DNA from: a candidate division TA06 bacterium
Lineage (GTDB): Bacteria; Hydrothermota; DG-26; E44-bin18
Length of the DNA: 64,000 bases
Assembly (NCBI GenBank): GCA_004376575.1
Contig: SOJN01000094.1
Coordinates: 9,873-73,872 of the forward strand
Reading direction: 5' to 3'
Positions within the stretch are counted from its first letter, which is position 1; every line of letters starts with the position of its first letter. A model generated the notes under the pieces. It made no database searches, was not told the origin of the DNA, and was given only the letters and a program-made list of their open reading frames with translations. Made by a program: the position numbers and the translations under genes. Of the stretch, positions 10,231-19,156 are shown piece by piece.

Positions 10231-10572
10231 TTATCTCTTCTCCTCTATTTTTGCTGCCTTTCCTCGCCTCTGGCGGAGATAGTAGAGCTTTGACCTTCTA
10301 ACCTTTCCTCTCCGGAGTAACTCTATCTTTGATATGTTTGGTGAGTTGAGGAGAAATGTCCTCTCTACACCCACACCCTCGGTCACTTTTCTGACCGTGA
10401 AGGTCTTGCCCAATCCTACACCTCTGGTTCTAATAACCGTTCCCTGAAATCTCTGAATTCTGGTCTTGCCGCCTTCTTCTATTTTTGTATGTACTAGAAC
10501 CAAATCCCCAGAACCGAATTTGGCTAGGTCAGGCTTTTCGTATTCTTTCTCAATGCTCCTTATCGGGTCCAT
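10231..10572 (-). CDS. rplS: 50S ribosomal protein L19
   Basis: 113 aa. [26 protein letters not shown]...RTF pattern, in the conserved trmD-rplS context. Confidence 0.95.
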   Translation of the reverse strand: MDPIRSIEKEYEKPDLAKFGSGDLVLVHTKIEEGGKTRIQRFQGTVIRTRGVGLGKTFTVRKVTEGVGVERTFLLNSPNISKIELLRRGKVRRSKLYYLRQRRGKAAKIEEKR

Positions 10573-11299
10573 TTGATCTCCCTGTTCTTATGTCTTGTAT
10601 ACTCTCTCTGTCTTCATCTGTCAAGTGAGCGTTTGCCAGAAGATCGGGTCTGTTTTCCATTGTCTTTTTGATTGCCATCCTTCTGCGCCATCTTCTGATT
10701 TTCTGGTGATCACCTGATGTCAGGACTGCGGGAACGGATTGACTGTGAAAATGCCGTGGCCTGGTGTACCTTGGTGCGTCCAGAAGGGCGCTCTGGAAGG
10801 AGTCTTCCTCGGCCGATTCCTTGCTGTTCATGGCACCGGGGAGTAACCGCACAATGGCGTCTGTCAGAACCATCGCCGCCAGCTCTCCGCCAGAGAGTAT
10901 GTAGTCTCCCATCGATATTTCTTCGTCAACCACAAGCTCTCTGACTCTTTCGTCCACCCCTTTGTATCTCCCACAGAGAAGTATGATGTGGTTCAGGCCG
11001 GCGAGCCGGCAGATGAGTTCCTGGTTCAGCCGTTTTCCCTGAGGTGAAAGCAGGATTACCGTAGAATCTTCCTTTCTTAGATGTTCCACAGCCCTGAAAA
11101 TCGGCTCGACCTTCATCACCATTCCTGCCCCACCGCCGAAAGGGTAGTCGTCTGTGGTCTTATGCTCGTCGTCTGCAAATCGGCGCAGGTCCACAATCTC
11201 TATTTCCACGATCTTCTTGTCCCTCGCTTGCTTGATGAGACCGCTGTTGAATGGTCCATCAAACATGGAAGGGAAGATGGTGACAGTGTCGATTCTCAT
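10550..11299 (-). CDS. trmD: tRNA (guanine37-N1)-methyltransferase
   Basis: 249 aa. [13 protein letters not shown]...[14 protein letters not shown]...[13 protein letters not shown]...[11 protein letters not shown]. Confidence 0.95.
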   Translation of the reverse strand: MRIDTVTIFPSMFDGPFNSGLIKQARDKKIVEIEIVDLRRFADDEHKTTDDYPFGGGAGMVMKVEPIFRAVEHLRKEDSTVILLSPQGKRLNQELICRLAGLNHIILLCGRYKGVDERVRELVVDEEISMGDYILSGGELAAMVLTDAIVRLLPGAMNSKESAEEDSFQSALLDAPRYTRPRHFHSQSVPAVLTSGDHQKIRRWRRRMAIKKTMENRPDLLANAHLTDEDRESIQDIRTGRSNGPDKEH

Positions 11300-11805
11300 T
11301 CCTGGTCTATTAACCCCTTAATGGGTGTGATTATTATCCTCTTCTTTTCGATGTTTATCTCTTTGATGAAGTTGTCCACCAGTGGCACCAGGATCTCTTT
11401 TCCGTGACCGTCTATGACAAGAACGTCGTTGCCGGGGAGTTCCAGGATATCCGTAACCTCGCCGATTGTTTCCCCGTTCTCCCTGCAGGCAACTAATCCG
11501 ACTATCTGGAACTCGTAGTAAGTCCCTTTAGGAAGCGGTTCAAGCTCCTCTTCAAGTACGCTGACGTAGCACCCCATGAGACTCTTCGCTTTTTCGCTCG
11601 AGTCAACGCCTGAGAGGGTCAAGTTGTATCCGCGCCTATGCTTTCTGGCGGCAAGGACCCGGTACTTCTTGACCTGTTTGCCCACTAGGTACACGCTTCC
11701 AAGCTCGAGGACGCGCGAAGGGAAATCTGTGAGTGACGCAACCCTCAGGCTGCCCTTGTTTCCAAATACACCTACAACCTTGCCGACTGCGACAAGATCA
11801 GGCAT
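11296..11805 (-). CDS. rimM: 16S rRNA processing protein RimM
   Basis: 169 aa. [18 protein letters not shown]...YEFQIVGL...PGNDVLVI pattern and operon context. Confidence 0.9.
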   Translation of the reverse strand: MPDLVAVGKVVGVFGNKGSLRVASLTDFPSRVLELGSVYLVGKQVKKYRVLAARKHRRGYNLTLSGVDSSEKAKSLMGCYVSVLEEELEPLPKGTYYEFQIVGLVACRENGETIGEVTDILELPGNDVLVIDGHGKEILVPLVDNFIKEINIEKKRIIITPIKGLIDQE

Positions 11806-12035
11806 TACTCAAGGATCTCTAGTACCGCCCTTTTTCCAGCCTTCATGGAAGCTGCCGTGATGATGGTCCTTATTGCCTTTGCCGTTCTTCCTTCCTTGCC
11901 GATTATCTTGCCCAGATCGCCTTGTCCCACTCTAAGCTCGTAGACAACCGTCTTTTCGCCATCTATCTGCGAGACGGTGACCTTCTCCGGGTAATCCACA
12001 AGAGACTTTGCGATGTACACTATGAGGTCTTTCAT
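11805..12035 (-). CDS. KH domain RNA-binding protein (UPF0109/YlqC-like)
   Basis: 76 aa. [19 protein letters not shown] motif. Lies between rpsP and rimM, as in many bacteria. Confidence 0.85.
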   Translation of the reverse strand: MKDLIVYIAKSLVDYPEKVTVSQIDGEKTVVYELRVGQGDLGKIIGKEGRTAKAIRTIITAASMKAGKRAVLEILE

Positions 12036-12370
12036 GAGTCCTCCTCTGTTTGCTTCTCAGTCTCTGCCTCTTCTTCTGTAGGTGTCTCCACCGTGTCCGT
12101 CGTCGACTTGAATTCCTCTTCCTGGATGCTCTTCCTCGCCAGATTCACCAGTCGCTGAGCTGTTTCTGAAGGCTTCGCGCCCTTTGTTACCCACCAGTCC
12201 ACTCTTTCGAGATTGAGTTTCATAGGCGTCTTCTTGAAAGGGTCGTAGTAGCCAAGGATTTCCTTGAACTTACCGTCCACAGCGTTTCGTGAATCAGCTA
12301 CAACAATCCGGTAAAAGGGGCTCTTCTTCTTTCCCATCCTCCTCAGTCGTATTCTTAGCGTTAGTACCAC
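12032..12370 (-). CDS. rpsP: 30S ribosomal protein S16 with an acidic C-terminal tail
   Basis: ...[40 protein letters not shown]. The track ORF (to 12754) is over-extended. A GTG at 12370 sits right after AAGGAGG, and the ATG at 12337 is a shorter alternative. The exact start is uncertain. Confidence 0.85.
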   Translation of the reverse strand: MVLTLRIRLRRMGKKKSPFYRIVVADSRNAVDGKFKEILGYYDPFKKTPMKLNLERVDWWVTKGAKPSETAQRLVNLARKSIQEEEFKSTTDTVETPTEEEAETEKQTEEDS

Positions 12371-12410
12371 CTCCTTGATTTCGTGACGTATTTGGAAAAA
12401 CGGCAAATTC

Positions 12411-12439
12411 AGTATATATACGGGACGCAAAAAAGTCAA
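12411..12439 (-). promoter_or_regulatory. Sigma70-type promoter candidate for the rpsP operon (TTGACT-17-TATACT)
   Basis: The minus strand reads TTGACT (12439..12434), a 17-nt spacer, then TATACT (12416..12411), about 40 nt upstream of the rpsP start. Confidence 0.45.
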
Positions 12440-12683
12440 CAGCTTTTTCCGCAAGTTGAGCTCCTGGGAAAGGAAGAGCAGTAGACACGTACCCCTGCTG
12501 AAACCTGATGCGAACTGAAGGCGAGTCCGCATATCAAGGTGGGCACCACTCCCTCGGATATTGAATAGCGCCCTGTTTGCCTGCGAAGGTGATGTGAGCA
12601 GGTAGAATGTTCTTGACTGCTGCGATCCGCTCTTGAGATGGTGTCTATTCTGGGAAGTTCGCCGTTCGCTTTGGGAATTCCAC

Positions 12684-13454
12684 CTATTTTTTTTGCCCGG
12701 CGAAGGGTCCTCTGGCAGGCTCAGGAGTGAAACAGCAATAGCCGACTTCATCAAATTGATATCTGATCTCGCGCCATTCGCTTTCCTCTATGGATTTCAT
12801 TGCATCGACGAAAAGAACATTGTACTCTCTGTAAAAATGGCTGGATAGTATCTCAACAAGAGGTGCGGTAGCATCGTCCAGTTGTTTTGTGAAGTCACGA
12901 AAAGGAGTCGTGTCCTTTAAGTCAAAGGTCTTGTAGAGATTCTTCTTGATTTCCTTAATCTTGCTGTGTTCATTCCACATGATTGAAGAGGGCCGCGACA
13001 TTCTGTGTTTTTCAAGATAAGGAAAGAGTACGTTCTCCTCTCTCATATAGTGAGTCTTTGACTCCTTGAAGTGATTCACGATACTGTTAACCTGATTCAA
13101 TAGTCCAGCCGCAGAGCCAAAATCATTCTTTTCCCTGACTCGATTCACAGCAACTCGGATATCCACAGCGAACTGAAGGAGAATGTTGTGTTCTTCCATG
13201 AGGATGTGGATCGGGTGCCCTGGCGGCGCCAGGGTCTTCTCTTTTTCAACTGCTTCCTTGAAAACGGCAAGATGAACGTCACAAAGTTTTCTCATCTTCT
13301 CCGTAGACATGCTTCCTATTTGCGCCGTTTCTTTAGGGGGTGTCTCTTCGGCCAGTTTATTCAGTTCTTCTTTCAACTCTTCAGGATTTCTACCCTCACG
13401 AAGTCTCCCCATTAGAACTTCCAGTGCTTCTCTCCGGGCGGGCAGTTCGCTCAT
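12684..13454 (-). CDS. DUF438-like N-terminus plus hemerythrin (HHE cation-binding) domain protein
   Basis: 256 aa. LREGRNPEELKEEL...LCDVH N-terminus, then repeated H-x3-E helices (HILMEEHNIL, HYMREENVLFP, HFYREYNVLF). Confidence 0.7.
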   Translation of the reverse strand: MSELPARREALEVLMGRLREGRNPEELKEELNKLAEETPPKETAQIGSMSTEKMRKLCDVHLAVFKEAVEKEKTLAPPGHPIHILMEEHNILLQFAVDIRVAVNRVREKNDFGSAAGLLNQVNSIVNHFKESKTHYMREENVLFPYLEKHRMSRPSSIMWNEHSKIKEIKKNLYKTFDLKDTTPFRDFTKQLDDATAPLVEILSSHFYREYNVLFVDAMKSIEESEWREIRYQFDEVGYCCFTPEPARGPFAGQKK

Positions 13455-13717
13455 CCTCTAGCCCCCTTTTCCAACACTTCAGCCGACTTGCTCACTCACA
13501 CTACACAGTTGTAGCATCTCTTGATTCTGTACAACTTTCGTTGAGAAACCATACTCTCTTCACACTGGCCCCGTCCCATAATCTTACCACACATCCCACT
13601 GGTAGGTCAAGCAAATCAGAAAACCTATTTCGCTCAGCGTCTGAAAACCCCATGCTGGTAAGGGAAGCGACGTTTTTTGTCCTGGCTTAGAAAGGAGCGG
13701 AAAGAGTGACTTGGCTG

Positions 13718-14956
13718 CTATCCGGTTTTGTGCGTTCGCCTCAAGTTCTCGGCCATTTCCTTGATTTCAGTCAGATCTCTGGTCATTTCGCTCCAGCCGT
13801 ACCAGAGCGCATAGTCGGGATTGGCATGGAATGTTCCCTGAAATGTCCTCATCCGGTGTTTTAGAAACATCACAAACAGTTGTTGTTCTATGTGAGTCGG
13901 CGCGTCGTGGAATGTGAGCAGATCCGGAAAAGCGTATGCATAGTTCTCGGGCTTCTTGAGTATGCCATCTTTGTACAGGGCGGCAACTATATGAATCGCC
14001 TCGGCCATCAGGCGGTCGGCCTCTTTGATCATTCGATCGCCTTTTGCCAATTCCGCCTTGGCAAAATTGATAGAATGGCACTGATTACAAGTCTTCACCA
14101 TCTTGTTACGTTCATTCTGCCAGTCGTCTTGTGTCAAACGAGCAACATCGGCCGCCTTCGCAACATCCAACCTTGCTGTTGGTTTCCCAGCAGGGTCAAG
14201 CACGCCAAGAGCCTGAAGGACAGCGGTCCTATCAGCAGCCCACTGTTTGTCTTCAGGCATAGGGAGCCTCACAGCAAGGAATCCCCATGCCGTTCGAACA
14301 GCGTGGTTCCCCTCTTGCATGTGGCATGTCTGGCACGTGGGCGCTGCTGCATCTTCGGGGAGTATTCCACTTTGCTTCAGCAAGTACCTGACGCCATGTT
14401 TTGAACCTGAATACATTTCCCATTGAGCGTGGTCAAAACCCATGTGGCAGGTCTGACAGGCCTGGGGCTGGCTCGCTTCCTTGACGGAGAACGTGTGGCG
14501 CGTATGGCAGGCATCGCAGGAGGCAATTCCGAACCCAGCTCCGTTTTTTTTCAGAGTTTTTATCTCCTTTTCGGTCTTCGATCCTATTTTGTGGCATCCA
14601 CCACATCCCTTCATACCCTCCATTAAGGCCATAGGCTGCATGTGAGCTGTGGGCATGGCCTTCATGGCAGCCCATGCCTTAGCGTGCTTTCCCTGCTTGA
14701 ACTGGTCGACCTGTTTCTTGTGGCACACGGCACACGTCGCCGGAGTGGGAATTTTGACCTTGGCCACGTCCCTTGCCGATGTGTGCTTGCTTCCATGACA
14801 TACGGAGCAGTCAATTCCAGATTTGCCATGCTTACTCAACTGCCAGTCAGAAACTATTCTGGGTGTGTTCTTCTTGTGGCAGTCCATGCATGTCTGAGCC
14901 AGGCTAGTGGATGCAACCAAGAAACTGACAAGCAAAACGCCGAACCCTCTATACAT
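13718..14956 (-). CDS. Octaheme c-type cytochrome, hydroxylamine-oxidoreductase (HAO) family-like
   Basis: Eight CxxCH motifs (CMDCH, CSVCH, CAVCH, CGGCH, CDACH, CQTCH, CQTCH, CNQCH). Signal peptide MYRGFGVLLVSFLVASTSLA. Start chosen at ATG 14956, which is preceded by AAGGAGG; the track start at 15010 is over-extended. Confidence 0.85.
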   Translation of the reverse strand: MYRGFGVLLVSFLVASTSLAQTCMDCHKKNTPRIVSDWQLSKHGKSGIDCSVCHGSKHTSARDVAKVKIPTPATCAVCHKKQVDQFKQGKHAKAWAAMKAMPTAHMQPMALMEGMKGCGGCHKIGSKTEKEIKTLKKNGAGFGIASCDACHTRHTFSVKEASQPQACQTCHMGFDHAQWEMYSGSKHGVRYLLKQSGILPEDAAAPTCQTCHMQEGNHAVRTAWGFLAVRLPMPEDKQWAADRTAVLQALGVLDPAGKPTARLDVAKAADVARLTQDDWQNERNKMVKTCNQCHSINFAKAELAKGDRMIKEADRLMAEAIHIVAALYKDGILKKPENYAYAFPDLLTFHDAPTHIEQQLFVMFLKHRMRTFQGTFHANPDYALWYGWSEMTRDLTEIKEMAENLRRTHKTG

Positions 14957-15076
14957 CAAAGCACCTCCTTGTTCTGCTTTCCTGGCCGAACTCTCAGGGC
15001 AGCATCGCACACCATTCAGCGCCCTTCCTCAGCCTTTCGCTTTCTGAGGCTTCAGCTACCATTCTCCTGTTTGTAT

Positions 15077-15104
15077 AAAATACACTGAGTTGGTTTGATG
15101 TCAA
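15077..15104 (-). promoter_or_regulatory. Sigma70-type promoter candidate for the cytochrome gene (ATTGACATC -35, 16-nt spacer, TATTTT)
   Basis: Minus strand: TTGACA at 15104..15099 and TATTTT at 15082..15077. Confidence 0.4.
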
Positions 15105-15241
15105 TAGCCGTTTCGTAGCTCCTGGATTTTTCTCTGTGGCCACAAATCTGACTTGCTGGAGAACATTTAGCCTTGCTGCGACCTGATACTCACGAAGTAC
15201 TTACCACTCACGAATCATGATTGCATGCGCAATCGACTGTG

Positions 15242-15721
15242 TCAGATCAGCTCGGACACAGTCTCTGCCACCTTTTCCAGGAAGATTCTGTCTTCTTCCG
15301 TAAAGCGCGACAACTGGTGAGAGTCTATGTCTATTTCACCTGCGATACTACCACTTTTGAAGATAGGAACGACTATCTCGGATTTGACGTCAGAGCTACA
15401 CGAAAGGTAATTCGCCTCCCTGGACACATCCTGGACAAGAAATGTCTCTTCTCTCTCTGCAGCCTGGCCACATATCCCTTTTCCGAAAGGTATTCTTGTG
15501 TGTTCCGTCTCCTCTCCGGCAAAAGGGCCGAGAAGGAGTTCCCTTTTTACAGATGAGTCCACGAGATAGAATCCGACCCAATCATAGTAAGCGACACTTT
15601 CTTTGAGCAACCTGCAGACATCCAAGAGCTTCTTTTCTGCCTCGACTGGTCCTTCGACGATCCTGCTTATTCTCTCCAACAGGGAATTGAAAAGCTGGCT
15701 CCTGCTCGAATCTTTGATCAC
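15242..15721 (-). CDS. GAF domain protein (free methionine-(R)-sulfoxide reductase / YebR-like)
   Basis: 159 aa. YDWVGFYLV...LLGPFAG...GKGICGQAA...SEIVVPI...GEIDIDS. Confidence 0.8.
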   Translation of the reverse strand: MIKDSSRSQLFNSLLERISRIVEGPVEAEKKLLDVCRLLKESVAYYDWVGFYLVDSSVKRELLLGPFAGEETEHTRIPFGKGICGQAAEREETFLVQDVSREANYLSCSSDVKSEIVVPIFKSGSIAGEIDIDSHQLSRFTEEDRIFLEKVAETVSELI

Positions 15722-16146
15722 TTTTTGTCTCCAAATGTTTCCTCGATCCAGGCCTTGATCTCGTCTCTTAGGTGCCGGAAGGCGGTCATTATTTCATCCT
15801 TAGTACCGTGGAAGTCCATGGGGTTCTCAAAGCTCTTGTGGAGTTGCATTACTGCCCGAGGGAAGAAAGGACAGGTTTCTCTGGCGTGGTCGCATACTGT
15901 GACAACGTAGTCGAATTCCGTATCCCGGAATTCGTCGATGCTTTTTGAACGATGTGATGATATGTCAATGTTCGCTTCGCCCATAACCTTTATTGCTTGA
16001 GGGCTCACCTCCGTGGGGTGAGTGCCAGCACTGCGAGCCTCGTACCTGCCGCCGCGCGTAGCTCTTAAAAGCCCCTCTGCCATCTGTGAGCGGTTGGAAT
16101 TGTGGGTACAGATGAACAGGACTTTCTTCTTTGCTGCTTCTTGCAT
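15718..16146 (-). CDS. arsC: Arsenate reductase / low-molecular-weight protein-tyrosine phosphatase family
   Basis: 142 aa. VLFICTHNSNRSQMAEG P-loop (CX5R) and downstream Cys residues (VTVCDHARETCP). Confidence 0.85.
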   Translation of the reverse strand: MQEAAKKKVLFICTHNSNRSQMAEGLLRATRGGRYEARSAGTHPTEVSPQAIKVMGEANIDISSHRSKSIDEFRDTEFDYVVTVCDHARETCPFFPRAVMQLHKSFENPMDFHGTKDEIMTAFRHLRDEIKAWIEETFGDKK

Positions 16147-16176
16147 CGGGTCTGACTGTGTCTTCGATGCCGTCCG

Positions 16177-16728
16177 TCAGGTTCTGAGGGTCATCTCCAC
16201 TGAACCCTCTGGGCAAGCGTCGATACAAAGGCCACAGCCGTAACAGTTATCCTTGTCTATGGCCAACTGATCGCCATTTAGTCTTCGGGCACCGAAGTAG
16301 CAGATATCCACGCACGTCCCGCAATTAGTGCACTTATCCGAGTCAGTTGTTTCAACGAGACTCCCTCTGTCGCATATCTCGCTTGGGTCCAGGAAGTATC
16401 CGCAGCAGTCGTCGCAGCAAAAACATATTCCGTCAGTCTCCGCAATGTGGGATTCGTTTCGGAAGGGCCTTGTTACCAAATGCTTCTTCTCCGCTTCCTT
16501 GAAAATGTCCTCGACCTCTGCCGGGGAGATCTCTTTTGTGCTCGTGTCGCCACTGCCCGCAATGTCACCCCTGAACATGAGACAGACATCGATGCGCGAG
16601 CGACTACACTGTCCGCGACTTTCACGGCATCCGCAGTTCATCACCCAGAATCGGTCGCGCCCATTAATCAGCTCTCTTGCCTGCTCACGAGTGCAAACAT
16701 AATGAAAGGCCAGGTCTTTCTGATCCAT
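16177..16728 (-). CDS. Cys-rich Fe-S protein with a C-terminal 2x[4Fe-4S] ferredoxin domain
   Basis: CTNCGTCVDIC and CYGCGLCIDACP motifs, plus N-terminal CGC/CFCCDDCCG clusters. Start taken at ATG 16728, which is preceded by AGGAGG. Confidence 0.75.
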   Translation of the reverse strand: MDQKDLAFHYVCTREQARELINGRDRFWVMNCGCRESRGQCSRSRIDVCLMFRGDIAGSGDTSTKEISPAEVEDIFKEAEKKHLVTRPFRNESHIAETDGICFCCDDCCGYFLDPSEICDRGSLVETTDSDKCTNCGTCVDICYFGARRLNGDQLAIDKDNCYGCGLCIDACPEGSVEMTLRT

Positions 16729-16792
16729 AGTGCCTCCTGTGATCTGGCCGACTCCGGCCCAGGACATCGATTATGGACTCTTTTTTTGTATA

Positions 16793-17245
16793 CTAGGGTG
16801 GTGGTTGCTCTTGTACCAACTTCTTCACAAATCGTTTCGACTCCTCAGTGTATCCCAGACTTCTATAAAATTCCCGTGCACCCTCGCGGGGGATATCATT
16901 GCTTATCTCTAGTCTGGTGCAGCCGGCCTCTTGCGCAACGATTTCAAGTGAGGTCATCAGGGCCCGGCCGATGCCAGAGCGCTTGTGTTCATTCTTCACC
17001 ACGATAGTCATTATTCGTCCGATGTGTCCGGGTTCGTGCAGCATCTCTGTAATATGTAAATGGGCAACACCGAGAACCTTGTTGTCCAATTCTGAAACAA
17101 GGACAGTATCTCTATCGCTTTTATACAGTATTTCTATTTTTAGCCGTATGAACGCAGGTTTGATGGAGAACCCAAGTTCTTCCAGAAGACCGGCAACCTG
17201 GGTTCCATCCTCAAGATTGGCCTTTCTTATTTTGATTTCTTCCAC
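16793..17245 (-). CDS. GNAT family N-acetyltransferase
   Basis: 150 aa. RSGIGRALM...A acetyl-CoA-binding motif region. Confidence 0.85.
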   Translation of the reverse strand: MEEIKIRKANLEDGTQVAGLLEELGFSIKPAFIRLKIEILYKSDRDTVLVSELDNKVLGVAHLHITEMLHEPGHIGRIMTIVVKNEHKRSGIGRALMTSLEIVAQEAGCTRLEISNDIPREGAREFYRSLGYTEESKRFVKKLVQEQPPP

Positions 17246-17305
17246 GATTTCGCCTAACGATTGAATGGCACCATTGACATTCGGGGCGGTCCGGCCATGA
17301 GCAGT

Positions 17306-17384
<79 letters not shown>

Positions 17385-17405
17385 ACGTTCTCCGTTTTGG
17401 TTAAG

Positions 17406-17858
17406 CTAGCACTCCGGGTTTGCTCTGTCAACTGGTTTGTGATGAGGCTTCTTGGCGAGTGATTCGTAGAACTGGTCCGGGGATTTCCCCATTGCTTTCT
17501 TCTCCATGGGGCATGGACTCGTGCCCCGAGCGTTCACTATTAGCTCGACCTTTTCAAGAGCCAGAAATAGAAGACCGGACTCCTCAAGTGCCTCCACGGC
17601 CGCCTTGCTTATCAAAGGTGTCAGTACCAGGTCCACCTTAGCATATATGCAGAGGAGGGCCGCGGCTCTTCCAACCGTCTTATCAAGAACCGTAGCGCCA
17701 GCCATTTCAGGATAGTGACTTTCTATGCATTCCATCAGGGGAATCAGCTGGTCGTCCTTGGAACGGAAGAGGACGCCTTCCCTGTTCTCTACTACGAGAG
17801 ACCATGGACTGGACGCGAACTTTTCCAGTTTTTCGAGGAGTATTCTTTCCCGAGCTAT
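17406..17858 (-). CDS. DUF1893 (TM1506-like) domain protein; start codon unresolved
   Basis: ...SLVVENREGVLFRSKDDQLIPLMECI...GATVLDKTVGRAAALL...CPMEKK fits DUF1893. There is no ATG/GTG/TTG between the upstream gene's stop (17855-17857) and Met in PLMECIE. An in-frame ATA at 17858 overlaps that stop. Confidence 0.6.
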   Translation of the reverse strand: MARERILLEKLEKFASSPWSLVVENREGVLFRSKDDQLIPLMECIESHYPEMAGATVLDKTVGRAAALLCIYAKVDLVLTPLISKAAVEALEESGLLFLALEKVELIVNARGTSPCPMEKKAMGKSPDQFYESLAKKPHHKPVDRANPEC

Positions 17859-18403
17859 GAGAAGGCTCTCCTGGCAAAAAGCTTGGCTATGAGAGGAAGA
17901 AGGGCAATCTGGATGGCTATTCCCGGGAGCCCCGCGATAAATGCGCTGGCCAAATAGCTGAATGGAGGTGATACTCGCATCAGATAAACCGCAAACATTA
18001 CGACAATCCTGCCGGCGATGAGTGCACCGATCAAGGAAAGCCAGACATTGCCGTTTAAGCGGCGCCTGAGTAAGCCGGAGACAAGTCCATACGTTGTGAT
18101 CTCCAGAGTGAGAGGAAGGAGGACAATCGCAGGAGGCATTCCTGAGAGCGCGAAGCTGATGATAGGGCTCAGGAGTCCAGCGACGAGGCCTGACCGCCAC
18201 CCAAGAAGGAGGCCGGCGCAGAGAACGAAGAAATGCATTGGCAAGAATGTGCGCCCGGCCACAGGTCCTGCTATCAGATGGGTCGCCCAGGGGACTCCAA
18301 CTGAAAGTGCAACAAAACCTGCCGTAAACCCTGCAAGGACAAGAGGTTTGGGTCGTTCAAAGACTGTTTCTTTTGCGACTGAAAGGTTTTGTCTGATTCT
18401 CAA
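17855..18403 (-). CDS. Polytopic membrane protein, ECF-transporter S-component-like
   Basis: About 6 TM segments (FLPMHFFVLCAGLLLGW...). Start set at TTG 18403, 6 nt after GGGAGG and downstream of the promoter candidate. The track start at 18493 lies upstream of that promoter. Confidence 0.6.
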   Translation of the reverse strand: MRIRQNLSVAKETVFERPKPLVLAGFTAGFVALSVGVPWATHLIAGPVAGRTFLPMHFFVLCAGLLLGWRSGLVAGLLSPIISFALSGMPPAIVLLPLTLEITTYGLVSGLLRRRLNGNVWLSLIGALIAGRIVVMFAVYLMRVSPPFSYLASAFIAGLPGIAIQIALLPLIAKLFARRAFS

Positions 18404-18449
18404 GGCGACCTCCCGGGTTGCTTGTGAGAAGGGGTTGTTCCTTGTTGAC

Positions 18450-18477
18450 AGGATACTTTTGGAAAAGGAAAAGTCAA
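18450..18477 (-). promoter_or_regulatory. Sigma70-type promoter candidate (TTGACT-16-TATCCT) for the membrane protein/DUF1893 pair
   Basis: Minus strand: TTGACT at 18477..18472 and TATCCT at 18455..18450. It is embedded in the inverted repeat CAGGATA-N26-TATCCTG (18448..18487). Confidence 0.35.
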
Positions 18478-18501
18478 GCCATATCCTGCACATTTTTCAT
18501 C

Positions 18502-18529
18502 TTGACAATTTGCTAGTATTATATAATAT
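18502..18529 (+). promoter_or_regulatory. Sigma70-type promoter candidate for lexA (TTGACA-16-TAATAT)
   Basis: TTGACA at 18502..18507 and TAATAT at 18524..18529. This implies the first ATG (18530) is not translated. Confidence 0.4.
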
Positions 18530-18556
18530 ATGAAGTACACAACAAATGATGAGTAT

Positions 18557-19156
18557 ATGAGGGAATTGACTAGAAAACAGGCGAGAGTTTTGGAATTTGT
18601 CCAGAAATTCATTATGGAAAGAGGCTATCCTCCTACCATAAGGGAAATAGGTACTCGGTTCAGGTTTGGTCCAAGGGCAGCAAAAGAACATTTGGACGCC
18701 ATTGAGAGGAAAGGTTATATCAAGAGGAGAAAAGGTGCTAGAGCGATAGAGATTTCCTACCATGCGCGAGTCCGTTTTGAAGGGGTACCATTGGTGGGGA
18801 AGGTAGCAGCAGGAAGTCCAATTCTGGCCGAGGAGAATCTGGAAGGATATGTTGGACAAGAGGACTATTTTCCTCGCGGAGATAGAGTATTCTTTTTGAA
18901 AGTGAAAGGTGAAAGCATGAAAGGTTCTGGCCTATTCGAGGGGGATCTCGTTTTGGTTAGAAAACAAAATGTAGCGTCACAAGGGGATATTGTCGTGGCA
19001 AGAATTGGGGATGAGGCGACTGTGAAAAGATACCACGAGAAGAAGGGGAGGGTATCGTTGATACCTGACAACCCTGATTTCGATACAATTCATGTCCATC
19101 TTGATGAAGATTTTGAAATATTGGGTAAGGTAATAGGGTTGTGGAGGAAAATTTGA
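18557..19156 (+). CDS. lexA: LexA repressor (S24 autopeptidase)
   Basis: MRELTRKQARVLEFV winged-helix N-terminus, VAAG cleavage region, GESM (Ser) and VKR (Lys) catalytic context. ATG 18530 is an alternative, longer start. Confidence 0.9.
   Translation: MRELTRKQARVLEFVQKFIMERGYPPTIREIGTRFRFGPRAAKEHLDAIERKGYIKRRKGARAIEISYHARVRFEGVPLVGKVAAGSPILAEENLEGYVGQEDYFPRGDRVFFLKVKGESMKGSGLFEGDLVLVRKQNVASQGDIVVARIGDEATVKRYHEKKGRVSLIPDNPDFDTIHVHLDEDFEILGKVIGLWRKI

Noticed and set aside
12440-12683. About 244 nt of unassigned DNA upstream of the rpsP promoter. Considered as SRP RNA (ffh is missing from its usual place), 6S RNA or another sRNA.
   Set aside because: I found no SRP domain IV signature (GGAA tetraloop with AGCA/GGAAGCAGCC context), no convincing long helix and no strong intrinsic terminator. 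A covariance-model scan would be needed; I cannot support a call.
12371-12754. N-terminal 128-aa extension of the rpsP ORF (240-aa track ORF).
   Set aside because: The S16 homology begins at ...[10 protein letters not shown] good promoter (12411-12439) and Shine-Dalgarno sequence lie inside the putative extension, and the extension overlaps the upstream DUF438 gene.
17859-18200. Upstream part of the 264-aa track ORF (MAVRPRRW...).
   Set aside because: It completely overlaps the TM-rich membrane-protein gene in another frame, and its sequence is Arg/Cys/Ser/Pro-rich junk. Only the C-terminal DUF1893 part looks real.
18508-18535. AT-only palindrome TATTATATAATA at the lexA promoter, considered as a LexA operator.
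   Set aside because: It is low-complexity and overlaps the -10 region. It matches no described LexA box class, and nothing similar lies upstream of dinB.
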